A DNA stretch of 64,000 nt from Lachnospiraceae bacterium (GTDB taxonomy: Bacteria > Bacillota > Clostridia > Lachnospirales > Lachnospiraceae), in the NCBI GenBank assembly GCA_017622505.1, contig JAGAQZ010000133.1, positions 8,920 through 72,919 of the forward strand, written 5' to 3'. The notes below the pieces were generated by a model that ran no database searches, was not told the DNA's origin, and worked only from the letters and a program-made list of their open reading frames with translations. The translations under genes were made by a program, and so were the position numbers. Positions within the stretch are counted from its first letter, which is position 1. The number at the start of each line of letters is the position of its first letter. Below are positions 9,750 to 19,164 of the stretch, one piece after another.

Positions 9750-10664
9750 TTAAGAAATTTTACTTCCGCAGGTGTTGGATCCAAGTTTAATAGATGCCAC
9801 ACCATATGTGATATTGTTTACCAACGCAATCACGGTAATCACTACAATAGGTAAAATACCTATTTCAAGGAACATCGCGCCCAATACAAATATTACCATA
9901 AGTACAATCAAGGTATTATTCACAGCTTGAAACGCCTTATAAGATGCCAGACCAATCTGCATACGTTCTGCTTCATCACAGCTTTGATACCAGACCTTAT
10001 CAAACTTCATATCATAAATACTACCCTTTTTCTCGGGATTCATAAGCTTTGTAAGGTTAACACATGCTCTCTGAATTGCAAGATTGATAAATAATGTAGC
10101 CATAAATACCACAAGGTCAATCATTCTCATATAAATATGCAGCCAATTCTCCGATACACCTTCCACAAAAGACATTGCTGCATAAAAGGCAAAACCAAAG
10201 AATGCAAAGTTCACATAATAGGTAACATTCGATATCACAATGCTTATGGACAGTTTTCTATCCACTACTTCATATTTCTCATCTTCATCCATATCACTTT
10301 TCCAAAGTTTCTTGGCCCTATGCAGATATGAAAATGAAATTATGATAAAAATCACATCCAAAATAATCAAAAGAAATGAAGCCGGAACTGCAAAATCTCT
10401 TTGCAACTGATTCCAGAATTCCACAAAGGTCAATCCGGATTTCCTCATTGAGTCCACCAATCCTATACCAATTGCGCCAAGAACACCGCCTGCAAACCCG
10501 GAAATCACTAATATGACGGCAAACAAACCGACTTTGTTATTGTCTTCCTTACGAATTTCTTCTTTACGTGCAGCAGTTTCATCTTTTATGATATCTTCTT
10601 TACCGGAAATGTCCGTACACACATCACCATTTTCTGTTTCAACATTAAGATTTTCTTTATCCAT
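9750..10664 (-). CDS. DUF3169-like multi-pass membrane protein
   Basis: About 6 TM segments; NPEKKGS...CDEAER...SYKAF motif typical of DUF3169; lies next to an XRE gene. Confidence 0.75.
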   Translation of the reverse strand: MDKENLNVETENGDVCTDISGKEDIIKDETAARKEEIRKEDNNKVGLFAVILVISGFAGGVLGAIGIGLVDSMRKSGLTFVEFWNQLQRDFAVPASFLLIILDVIFIIISFSYLHRAKKLWKSDMDEDEKYEVVDRKLSISIVISNVTYYVNFAFFGFAFYAAMSFVEGVSENWLHIYMRMIDLVVFMATLFINLAIQRACVNLTKLMNPEKKGSIYDMKFDKVWYQSCDEAERMQIGLASYKAFQAVNNTLIVLMVIFVLGAMFLEIGILPIVVITVIALVNNITYGVASIKLGSNTCGSKIS

Positions 10665-10759
10665 TTTTTATAAACAATCCTTTCAAAAGATAGTATGATA
10701 TATCTCTTTGGGTTAATATTTCCAAATTCCCTTTATATTTTATATTCTATACTATTTCC

Positions 10760-10972
10760 TTAGTCTTCTTCGTACTGAAATGCCTCTTCTACCGTCACAT
10801 CAAAGACTTTGGCGATTTTAATTGCCAGGGTGACAGAGGGGGAATAATCCCCTCGTTCAATCAGGCTTATGGTTTGACGGCTGGCCCCTACTAACTTCCC
10901 CAACTCCTGCTGGTTTATGTTTTTACGGGCCCGCAGTTCTTTTAATCTGTTATACAATGGCATTTGTGCCAC
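10760..10972 (-). CDS. XRE/Cro-C1 family HTH transcriptional regulator
   Basis: NRLKELR...QQELGKLVGASRQTISLIERGDYSPS; 70 aa. Confidence 0.95.
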   Translation of the reverse strand: MAQMPLYNRLKELRARKNINQQELGKLVGASRQTISLIERGDYSPSVTLAIKIAKVFDVTVEEAFQYEED

Positions 10973-10981
10973 CCCCTATTT

Positions 10982-12082
10982 TTACATTATTGCAGGTAAA
11001 ATCATATTTAAATAATAGTTCACAAACAGAAACAAGCTCATTAATACAAATAAAATCATTCCGCCGTTTACAAAACTCTTAAGAAATACGGTTTTGTTCT
11101 TAACACCCATCGGAGTTGCATTTAACTTAAACTTCTTTAAGAATACGAAGAATAAAATCACACCTGTCAAGGCACAAACACCAAGGAACATCATCCAGCA
11201 GGTATAAACCATCATAATTCCAAATACTTCCATTACTTCCGGTTTCTCTAAATATGCCATTAATTCATTAGAGGGTCTTGTGGAAAGTTCGGAAATTTTT
11301 TCGATGATATCCTGATGTTCCAAAACCTTCATAGCCAAAGGTGTTGTCACCACAGAAGTTGTCATATTTACTGCCATATGAAGTATAATGGTGTACCACA
11401 CTCTACCGGTTCTTGCATAAACAAAAGCAAATAACATACCAAGACCTGTTGCAAAGAAGAACTGTGCAAAGTTGCCGTGGAACAAGCCAAACATCAGACC
11501 GGACATCATAATGGCAGCAAACTCACCATATTTAATCACTCGGTCAATTAATAACTTTCTAAAAATCAACTCTTCAAAAATGGGTGCACAAATACCAACC
11601 GTAAAAATTCTCCAAAATGCATTAGACTGAATCATCAAATTACTTAAAGTATTATTGTTGGCCGCACTGACACCGAAAGGCATTGTAATCAATTCACTGA
11701 CCACCGTACCGACTACCATACCCACACCGCAGATACCACTGCCGATAATAATAGTTAATACAATCTTCCAAAAGCCCATCTTCTTTTTCTCAATCTGTAC
11801 TTTGGGCATCTTATGTACCAATAAACACAAAAGGGGAAATCCGATACAGTAAGTCGGAATAATAATCATTAAAAAGTTTGCCCAGGATTCAGTGTAATAT
11901 TTCTCCGGCAATAATAATGCGTATACATTCTGTGCAATAATAACCGCAAGACCGAATACAAAATATTTCCAGCCAATCTTGACCGCTGCCTTCTTCATTT
12001 CTTTGATCCAGCCTGCTTTGTCAGGTTCATTTCCCTGCGGATTCTCGGTTACAACCGTATCCATTACCATATTCTCTTCCAT
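10982..12082 (-). CDS. CPBP (CAAX protease/Abi) family intramembrane metalloprotease
   Basis: EELIFR, FGLFH and HMAVN motifs intact; multiple TM segments. Start ATG 12082 (SD AGGAGA). Confidence 0.9.
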   Translation of the reverse strand: MEENMVMDTVVTENPQGNEPDKAGWIKEMKKAAVKIGWKYFVFGLAVIIAQNVYALLLPEKYYTESWANFLMIIIPTYCIGFPLLCLLVHKMPKVQIEKKKMGFWKIVLTIIIGSGICGVGMVVGTVVSELITMPFGVSAANNNTLSNLMIQSNAFWRIFTVGICAPIFEELIFRKLLIDRVIKYGEFAAIMMSGLMFGLFHGNFAQFFFATGLGMLFAFVYARTGRVWYTIILHMAVNMTTSVVTTPLAMKVLEHQDIIEKISELSTRPSNELMAYLEKPEVMEVFGIMMVYTCWMMFLGVCALTGVILFFVFLKKFKLNATPMGVKNKTVFLKSFVNGGMILFVLMSLFLFVNYYLNMILPAIM

Positions 12083-12220
12083 TCTCGTGTCTCCTCTCAC
12101 ACTGGTTAAACATTTCAAATTGCAATTTGTCTTGTGCAGTAATCCTTTTCTGCCACAGATATATTCATAAAATACTTTTGACAGTTATTTTTTGCACTTT
12201 GACGTCTTTCGTTTGCAACT

Positions 12221-12306
12221 TGACAACTTTTCTTGTCAAACGCAATATAACATTGACAAATAAAGTTGTCAATACATTTTATAAAAAATGACAAAAAAAG
12301 TTGTCA
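12221..12306 (-). promoter_or_regulatory. Sigma-A promoter with three palindromic TGACAA-N6-TTGTCA operators
   Basis: TTGACA (12272-12267)-17 nt-TATATT (12249-12244) with TGn extension; palindromes at 12221-12238, 12254-12271 and 12289-12306. Confidence 0.8.
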
Positions 12307-12327
12307 CGCCCTAAAAAGCGTGACAAC
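12294..12327 (-). terminator. Intrinsic terminator after the histidine kinase gene
   Basis: Minus strand GUUGUCACGC-uuuuuagg-GCGUGACAAC-UUUUUUU. Confidence 0.85.
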
Positions 12328-12330
12328 CTC

Positions 12331-13641
12331 TTAACATTCTTGCTTTAGGAATAATATTTTTACTCTGAAAAACCTCTCATCTGACTCAAGTTCTAATTCC
12401 GAAGAATATTTTTGAAGAATCTCTTTCACATTCTGCAGGCCGATGCCGTGATTATGCACATCTTCCTTCGTTGTAGAAAGAAGCCCCTTCTCATCCGGTA
12501 TTACTTTATCAATCACCGTATTCTCAATCACGCACAGACAATATTCCGGGCTGTGAGTTACCTTAACACAAATTTCCTTCTTATCACATTGTTCTGCCGC
12601 CTCGATGGCATTGTCAATCAAATTAGAGAACACAATGCATAAATCCGCAGGCTTCATATAAGAAATCCCTATAAGACTTCCCGTAAAATGAAACTCAATG
12701 TCTTTTTCCTGCATCATCACCATCTTCGATGCAAGAATCATATCCAGGGTTTCATTACCGGTAACAACTTTCCACTTAGACACATCGGCCTTGCCCGATA
12801 CTTCATTAAAATATGCCTTTGCTTCTTCCATGTCTCCCTGTTCCAACAATCCCTGTATCACAATCATATGATTCTTCCAATCATGACGAAATTTGGATAT
12901 CTCTTTATTCTCATTCTTATATTCTTTGAAATATGCATACTCTGCATCAAACTGTTGCTTGTAATTCTCGGAAATCACTTGAAAATGCTTGGCTCTTTTG
13001 CGATAGGCGATTGCGTATACAAGTGCCGCATTTAAAAGTAATACAAATAAAACCCAGGCAATATTAAGCGCCCTGTCATCAAAAGTCTCCTGTAACATAA
13101 CAAGAATTTTTGAAGAATAAGATCCAAAAACACAAAATACAACCAGAATAATGCCTTCCCATAGGGAAAGGGTAACCTGAACACTTTTCTTGCCGACAAA
13201 ACATTTTAAAAGCACCAAACATACAAAAAATGAAAGATCCGCAACAAGCCAAAGCGGTGTGACAAACACATCATCAATCATGATTCCGAATTTATTCCAA
13301 CCAAATAATACTTCTATCAGTTCAAAATTCATCGTCCACTGCATATAAACCAACACAGCAGGAACAGATAAAAACAACGCCTTAAAACGCTTTTCTTTGG
13401 CCAAAAATACAATTGCCGCAGCATAAAATAAATACTCAAACAACGCAATCACAACTTTAGGCGGTATAATCACATAACAAAAAATTGCATAATAGCCAAT
13501 AAACAAAAGTCCCAGAACCGCCAATTGCTTAAGATTACTCTTCATCGGAATACCAAAGGGAACTTCAACCAGCAGTATCAAATCATATAAAACCAATAAA
13601 TCTATAAAAACAAAGCAAAAAGAGAGTAAGCCTTCCATCAT
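12331..13641 (-). CDS. GHKL sensor histidine kinase (AgrC/VirS-like, HATPase_c_5 type)
   Basis: About 6 TM segments, H-box FRHDWKNH, N-box SNLIDNAIEA, G-box HGIGL. Confidence 0.93.
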   Translation of the reverse strand: MMEGLLSFCFVFIDLLVLYDLILLVEVPFGIPMKSNLKQLAVLGLLFIGYYAIFCYVIIPPKVVIALFEYLFYAAAIVFLAKEKRFKALFLSVPAVLVYMQWTMNFELIEVLFGWNKFGIMIDDVFVTPLWLVADLSFFVCLVLLKCFVGKKSVQVTLSLWEGIILVVFCVFGSYSSKILVMLQETFDDRALNIAWVLFVLLLNAALVYAIAYRKRAKHFQVISENYKQQFDAEYAYFKEYKNENKEISKFRHDWKNHMIVIQGLLEQGDMEEAKAYFNEVSGKADVSKWKVVTGNETLDMILASKMVMMQEKDIEFHFTGSLIGISYMKPADLCIVFSNLIDNAIEAAEQCDKKEICVKVTHSPEYCLCVIENTVIDKVIPDEKGLLSTTKEDVHNHGIGLQNVKEILQKYSSELELESDERFFRVKILFLKQEC

Positions 13642-14366
13642 TGCAGCAGGCCTCCCTCAATATATTTCATAAAAGCACTGCGATATGCATTCTCTTTTCT
13701 TCGGCTTATGGGAATCATAACCTCGTCTGATAAAATGATACTTCCGTTTGTAATACTTTTATGATGACGCAAATTCACAAGATATTTACGATGCACCCTG
13801 AAAAAGCCGCATTGTTCCAACATATCTTCGTAATCCTGTAAACTTCCTCTGGTTAAAAGTTTCTGACTCTTCGTATGTACTACAAGATACTTATCTTCCG
13901 CACTGATATATAAAATGTCATTTACTGAAACACAAATCTCTTCTTTTGTATTTTTTATAATAATATATTTCTCGCGGCTCTGTACTTCTATCATTTCAAG
14001 AAGAATTTTGATAATCTCACCTTTTATCGGCGGCTTTAATAAATAACGCATTGCCCCGGTTTCATAGCCCTCTATCGCATATTGTTCGTATGCTGTCATA
14101 AAAACAATACGAATTTGCGGCATCTCACGCTTTAATATCTTTCCAAGCTCCACGCCACTCATTCCCGGCAATTCGATATCAGAAAAAAGAAGAATGGGAA
14201 AATGCTCCCCAGTCTCCTTTTTCCCTCGTAAATCACTCAGCAAATCTTCCGCAGTCGAAAAGCCGGTAATTTTTAAATCTGTTTTACATTCTCGTGCACA
14301 GTCTTCCAGCACTTCCTGTAACTGTCCCGCATGTGCCTTAATGTCCTCACACAGGTAAATTTGCAT
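13638..14366 (-). CDS. LytTR family response regulator
   Basis: Receiver motifs LCED, SDIELP, TAY and KP; LytTR motifs ILYISAEDKY and FFRVHRKYLVN. Overlaps the kinase start by 4 nt. Start ATG 14366. Confidence 0.95.
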   Translation of the reverse strand: MQIYLCEDIKAHAGQLQEVLEDCARECKTDLKITGFSTAEDLLSDLRGKKETGEHFPILLFSDIELPGMSGVELGKILKREMPQIRIVFMTAYEQYAIEGYETGAMRYLLKPPIKGEIIKILLEMIEVQSREKYIIIKNTKEEICVSVNDILYISAEDKYLVVHTKSQKLLTRGSLQDYEDMLEQCGFFRVHRKYLVNLRHHKSITNGSIILSDEVMIPISRRKENAYRSAFMKYIEGGLLQ

Positions 14367-14489
14367 CTTAATAATACCTTTTCCAATATGTATTCGGGCG
14401 TATGCCACAATGATATATTAATTGATTTTTTACTTTATAGCAAGATAACAATATTTTATATAAAAACCAATCGGATATACTATAAATAA

Positions 14490-15332
14490 TTAAGGCATAT
14501 CAAACATAACAGGATAACGTTCTTCTTTAATCTTATCAAAACATTCCGGTGTATAGTACTGAACACTTTTAATTCTGATTTCTTCATCAGCATACTCGTT
14601 TGCAAAGTCCTGAATATGAATTGTAATAACATAATCCTTATATTCCCAGATTAATGTATATTCAATACTGTTTTCTGCTTCCATAAATGTATAGTATTCG
14701 CTTTCTGACATTTCATTGTGCTTCTCCAACGGTGCGAGATAATCAGGCGCACCTAATTTCAATGGAATAGCGTTGCCGATAGCATTAAATTCTTCTCCTA
14801 TGGTAAGCTGAAGACTGTTTACTACATCTTCCTCATTATCAAGTTGTATGCACCACCAATTCTGTTCATAACACTCTTTAACCGACAACTTTTCTTCTCC
14901 GTAATTACGGATAAAAATAGCATCCAATCCATTTAAATTATCCGGATCCAAATCTTCGCTTCTTCCTTCTCCTTTTTCAGAATTTACCCATAATGTAATA
15001 TCGTTTAATACGCCATTACTAATCATGGAATCTTCCAAAACTACCACTTCTGATACAGTCTGGCAGGTTTCGGTTGCTCGACCGCCTTCATTGAAATATA
15101 CATGATAGGGGGCAGAGAAGGAATCCAAGTTTTCCAAATCAATAGGAAGAACCAAATCGGGGTGACCGATGGTACCTTCAATTTCTTTTAAGTCTTTACC
15201 AAAATCGGTCTGTAATACCCACATAGCTTCCGGTCCGTACTCTTTTGCAGGTTTACTTGATTCGCCACCGCATGCAACCAAACTCATAACACATACGCTT
15301 GCAAGAATGATACTTAACAATCTTTTTTTCAT
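14490..15332 (-). CDS. Lipoprotein of unknown function
   Basis: Signal peptide MKKRLLSIILASVCVMSLVA|C with lipobox; SD AAAGGAGG. Confidence 0.8.
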   Translation of the reverse strand: MKKRLLSIILASVCVMSLVACGGESSKPAKEYGPEAMWVLQTDFGKDLKEIEGTIGHPDLVLPIDLENLDSFSAPYHVYFNEGGRATETCQTVSEVVVLEDSMISNGVLNDITLWVNSEKGEGRSEDLDPDNLNGLDAIFIRNYGEEKLSVKECYEQNWWCIQLDNEEDVVNSLQLTIGEEFNAIGNAIPLKLGAPDYLAPLEKHNEMSESEYYTFMEAENSIEYTLIWEYKDYVITIHIQDFANEYADEEIRIKSVQYYTPECFDKIKEERYPVMFDMP

Positions 15333-15388
15333 TTTAATTCCTCCTTTAATTACAGTACTTTTCTACCCAATAATAATTTTAGACAATT

Positions 15389-15422
15389 AAAAAATGCAGA
15401 AGTACTCTCATACTCCTGCATT
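15389..15422 (-). terminator. Intrinsic terminator downstream of tyrS
   Basis: Minus strand AAUGCAGGAGUA-ugagag-UACUUCUGCAUU-UUUU. Confidence 0.75.
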
Positions 15423-15453
15423 CTAACACGTTTTATACTATTTGTTTGTAAAA

Positions 15454-15486
15454 TGCGACATACGGTCGCAAACATGTGACAAACGG
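15454..15486 (-). promoter_or_regulatory. Putative LytTR-binding direct repeat upstream of the lipoprotein gene
   Basis: CCGTTTGTCACA-9 nt-CCGTATGTCGCA (21-bp period), upstream of extended -10 TGtTAGAAT at 15428-15420. Confidence 0.65.
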
Positions 15487-15544
15487 CTTGATAAGGTTTT
15501 ATAAAAACCATCAGCTACATAAAACCTATGTCTTGCAAGCTTCA

Positions 15545-16768
15545 CTACACCAAAATTTTACAGAAATTCTTCTTTCCACGTCTTACGATGAATTCGCCGG
15601 CGCCGATTTCTTCCTTGGTGTAAACCTTCTTAATATCGGTAATCTTTTCATCATTAACGGCTACACCGCCCTGTTCAATGGCACGACGGCCTTCGCTTCT
15701 TGTAGGAACAAGCTTCGCACTTGCAAGAATACCGATTAAGTCGATGCTACCGTCTCTATAGTCTTCTTCCTGTAAAGTATAGGTAGGCATATTGGCATTG
15801 TTTCCGCCACCGCCGAATAATGCCTTGGAAGCTTCCTGTGCTTTCTCCGCTTCTTCTTCACCATGAATCATTTTGGTTAATTCAAAAGCAAGGATTTCCT
15901 TAGCTGTATTTAACTGGCTGCCTTCCCAGTCACTCATTTTATCAATTTCTTCCAAAGGAAGGAAGGTAAGCATACGGATACATTTTAAAACATCCGCATC
16001 GCCGATATTTCTCCAGTACTGATAGAATTCGAAAGGTGAAGTCTTGTTTGCATCTAACCAAACAGCACCCTTCTCTGTTTTACCCATCTTCTTGCCTTCT
16101 GAGTTAAGAAGCAAGGTAATGGTCATAGCATATGCATCCTTACCTAATTTACGACGAATAAGCTCGGTACCGCCAAGCATGTTACTCCACTGGTCATCAC
16201 CGCCGAACTGCATATTACAGCCGTATTTCTCGTACAACATAAGGAAGTCGTAACTCTGCATAATCATATAGTTAAACTCTAAAAAGCTTAAGCCTTTTTC
16301 CATTCTCTGCTTGTAGCACTCTGCGGTAAGCATTCTGTTTACAGAGAAATGGGGACCAACTTCTCTTAAAAATTCAACATAATTTAAATCAAGCAACCAG
16401 TCCGCATTGTTTACCATCATAGCCTTGCCATCGCTAAAATCAATAAACTTGCTCATCTGCTCCTTAAAGCAGTCGCAGTTGTGCTGGATGGTTTCCTTGG
16501 TCATCATTTTACGCATATCAGACTTGCCTGAAGGGTCACCAATCATACCGGTACCGCCACCAATCAATGCGATAGGCTTGTTACCAGCCATCTGAAGTCT
16601 CTTCATTAAGCAAAGTGCCATAAAATGTCCTACGTGAAGACTGTCTGCCGTAGGGTCAAAACCAATATAAAAAGTTGCTTTTCCGTTATTGATAAGCTCC
16701 TTGATTTCTTCTTCATCCGTTAACTGTGCAAGCAAACCTCTCGCCTGCAACTCGTCATAAATTGTCAT
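15545..16768 (-). CDS. tyrS: Tyrosine--tRNA ligase
   Basis: [15 protein letters not shown] (HIGH-like), GGDDQW, KMGKT (KMSKS-like) and a C-terminal S4 domain. Confidence 0.98.
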   Translation of the reverse strand: MTIYDELQARGLLAQLTDEEEIKELINNGKATFYIGFDPTADSLHVGHFMALCLMKRLQMAGNKPIALIGGGTGMIGDPSGKSDMRKMMTKETIQHNCDCFKEQMSKFIDFSDGKAMMVNNADWLLDLNYVEFLREVGPHFSVNRMLTAECYKQRMEKGLSFLEFNYMIMQSYDFLMLYEKYGCNMQFGGDDQWSNMLGGTELIRRKLGKDAYAMTITLLLNSEGKKMGKTEKGAVWLDANKTSPFEFYQYWRNIGDADVLKCIRMLTFLPLEEIDKMSDWEGSQLNTAKEILAFELTKMIHGEEEAEKAQEASKALFGGGGNNANMPTYTLQEEDYRDGSIDLIGILASAKLVPTRSEGRRAIEQGGVAVNDEKITDIKKVYTKEEIGAGEFIVRRGKKNFCKILV

Positions 16769-16876
16769 TTTCGTATTCTCCGTTTCTTATTGCATATTTT
16801 ATATGCCGGCAAATTTACCACGCATAATCATTCAAAACATTCCGTACTCCCATAAAATATGGAAGCACTGCCACTT

Positions 16877-16905
16877 ATTATAAAATTCCTAACACTATTT
16901 GTCAA
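16877..16905 (-). promoter_or_regulatory. Consensus sigma-A promoter of tyrS
   Basis: TTGACA-17 nt-TATAAT, a perfect consensus. Confidence 0.85.
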
Positions 16906-16941
16906 TTATACTATAACTATATTAGGCAATCAATTCGTTCT

Positions 16942-18363
16942 TTACTCTTGCTTACTTTCATTCATATCAGCACCGGTTACCGCATCCGTCTCCGCCGGCA
17001 AAAGTGCCTCCTTCGTATAACGGTTCGACGCATTCCAAAGAATCCACTCCGTGTACCCGGCATCATACACCGCTTGAATCTGTTCGCGAACCTCTGTGGC
17101 ACCATAAGCATGGTAAGGTTTAATCCAACTTGCCGTAAAATCCTGAAGCCAGGGACGTACAATAGGTCTTTCCGCTTCAGAAAGGCCTGACAACTTTGTC
17201 TCCGACGCCTGCATTGCACCTGTAATCATTTCATAGGGCGCACTGTTTGGATACTTCTGGTTATAAACGCCGGACGCATAATGGGACGGATAAATCATCG
17301 GACAGATCACATCCAGATTACTGCTGATTGCTGCATAATCCTGTCCGACAATACCGCTGTCATAAGAATTATCAATAATTGTACCAAATACGTCTGCAGA
17401 AACATACACACCCAAGGGTGAAATTTGATCATGGGCATATTTTGTAAACTGCGTAATAATCTCTGTCTTGGATACCGTTGCGGAATCTTCTCCGTAGTCC
17501 ACTTCACCGGACTTAATTTCCGTTGAAAAACGCACATAATCAAACTGAATCTCATCAAAGCCGTCAGCCACCGCACATTCTGCAATTTCAATCAAATAAT
17601 CCCAGACTTCTCTTTTATAAGGATTTACCCAGGCAAGTCCGCTGTTATCATAATAGATACTTCCGTTGGTACGGTGAACGCTCCATTCCGGCTTAGCCTC
17701 TGCAAGATGCGGGTCGCGAAATGCAACGATACGCGCAATCACATAAATCCCTTTCTCATGCAAGCGTTCTACCAAAGCAGGCATATCTTTCACGTATTTT
17801 ACCCTGGCTCCCAAGGCCTCTGCCGTCTCACTGCTCATAGCATAGGTGATATAACCGTCGTCATTTTTTACATCGATTACTACGGCATTTAGCTCAGTTT
17901 CTTCCACCAGCTGAATAATCTCTTCCATACGCTCATGTCCGGCCACAGGACCTGTGACATATATGCCTTTTACCGCAGGCGGTACGTCTTTTGGAACCGC
18001 ACGCATACGGCCCTCGGCAGTAGTTTGTGAAATCAGGTACTCCTTTAGTGCATCAGGTTCTGTCGGAAGTGCAATAAATTGCGATGCATCATTCTCCGCT
18101 TGCGAAGTATCTCCGCCCTGACTGTCGCCACCGCTCGATAATTCACTATTCACCTGCTCATTTGTACTATCCTCTAAAGCTGCGCTCTCTTTTGTATCAT
18201 CCAACTGAAAAATCGTCTTTATATCCGATATTAAATCAGCCTCTGCATTATTATGATAATATCCAAACAAAAAACATCCCGTAAAAAGTACAGCAATCAC
18301 AAGAAGCAACGGGATTACTCTTCCTGCTCTTATTTTTCTTTTCTTTTTATTTTCCTGTCTCAA
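16942..18363 (-). CDS. Membrane-anchored putative glycoside hydrolase (DUF4015-like TIM barrel)
   Basis: N-terminal TM; VKGIYVT, NAVVIDVKNDDG, IARIVAFRD, FDEIQFDYVRF, MIYPSHY and RPWLQDF motifs. Confidence 0.85.
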   Translation of the reverse strand: MRQENKKKRKIRAGRVIPLLLVIAVLFTGCFLFGYYHNNAEADLISDIKTIFQLDDTKESAALEDSTNEQVNSELSSGGDSQGGDTSQAENDASQFIALPTEPDALKEYLISQTTAEGRMRAVPKDVPPAVKGIYVTGPVAGHERMEEIIQLVEETELNAVVIDVKNDDGYITYAMSSETAEALGARVKYVKDMPALVERLHEKGIYVIARIVAFRDPHLAEAKPEWSVHRTNGSIYYDNSGLAWVNPYKREVWDYLIEIAECAVADGFDEIQFDYVRFSTEIKSGEVDYGEDSATVSKTEIITQFTKYAHDQISPLGVYVSADVFGTIIDNSYDSGIVGQDYAAISSNLDVICPMIYPSHYASGVYNQKYPNSAPYEMITGAMQASETKLSGLSEAERPIVRPWLQDFTASWIKPYHAYGATEVREQIQAVYDAGYTEWILWNASNRYTKEALLPAETDAVTGADMNESKQE

Positions 18364-18408
18364 AGACCATCATCTCTTTTCTTATGCATTTTATATGGCG
18401 CAGAGAAA

Positions 18409-18759
18409 TTAACAATATGCAAACGCATTCCGAAACCATTCTATTTCGTCACCGCAGATTGCAATTACATCGAACCGCATAGGCGAGAAATCGCCGATAC
18501 CGTTTTTCATCCTGTAATAATCCGCCACCCTGCAAATGGTGTGGCACTTCTTCGGTGAAACAGCCTCAATCGGGCTACCTTTTCTTTCGTCCCTGCGATA
18601 TTTTACCTCAAAGAAAACCAGATACTCCTCATCATATCCTATGATATCAATTTCTCCGAAGCGATTTCTGAAATTACGCTCCACAATTCTGACATCCTGC
18701 TTCTCAAGGTATGCTACCGCAAGTGTCTCATACTCTGTTCCGGTCTGCCTCTTGTTAAT
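18409..18759 (-). CDS. YraN family (UPF0102) putative endonuclease
   Basis: GTEYE..A, RNFRNRFGEIDII, FFEVKYR and RFDVIAI motifs. Start inferred at ATT 18759, behind SD GAGGAGG. Confidence 0.88.
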   Translation of the reverse strand: MNKRQTGTEYETLAVAYLEKQDVRIVERNFRNRFGEIDIIGYDEEYLVFFEVKYRRDERKGSPIEAVSPKKCHTICRVADYYRMKNGIGDFSPMRFDVIAICGDEIEWFRNAFAYC

Positions 18760-18760
18760 A

Positions 18761-19057
18761 TTACTTCCTCCTCTGATCCAATTCCTTTTGGCGAATCTTA
18801 TCCATAGCATCCACAAACACAAGGATTTCCGCCACCACCTCGTATAATTCAGGCGGTATCATTTCCCCAATTTCCAATCGGGACAATGTATCGGCCAGCT
18901 TATCATCACGATGAAGTGGCACATTTGACTCTTTCGCTTTTTCTATAATACGTTCTGCCAAAGCCCCCTGCCCCGACGCAATGACCTTCGGTGCATCTTC
19001 GCTGGGATTATATTCCAAAGCAATGGCTTGTTTTCTTTTTGGTTTCTGATTCTGCAT
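18761..19057 (-). CDS. FlhB C-terminal-like protein (EscU/YscU/HrcU family, YlqH/FlhX-like)
   Basis: AIALEYNP...APKVIASGQG..AERII...IPPELYEVVAEIL resembles the FlhB-CC domain. Start 19057, or 19063 as in the ORF track. Confidence 0.9.
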   Translation of the reverse strand: MQNQKPKRKQAIALEYNPSEDAPKVIASGQGALAERIIEKAKESNVPLHRDDKLADTLSRLEIGEMIPPELYEVVAEILVFVDAMDKIRQKELDQRRK

Positions 19058-19164
19058 ATTCATTCCTCGTTTCAGAAAACTCTACTAATTCATTCATCGT
19101 TTCAAAATCTATGCTAATTCATTTATCATCTTTTATAAATCAATTCAAAGCCTGAAATAAACAC

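Noticed and set aside
12115-12168. 17-aa upstream ORF (MNISVAEKDYCTRQIAI) as a possible signalling peptide for the LytTR system
   Set aside because: No SD, no double-glycine or AgrD features, and no processing gene nearby.
16769-16940. T-box riboswitch expected upstream of tyrS
   Set aside because: No T-box motif, specifier loop or terminator, and the leader is too short.
19085-19127. ctaattcatt(c/t)atc direct repeat, 29-bp period
   Set aside because: Only two short AT-rich copies with no associated promoter, and far too few and short for a CRISPR array.
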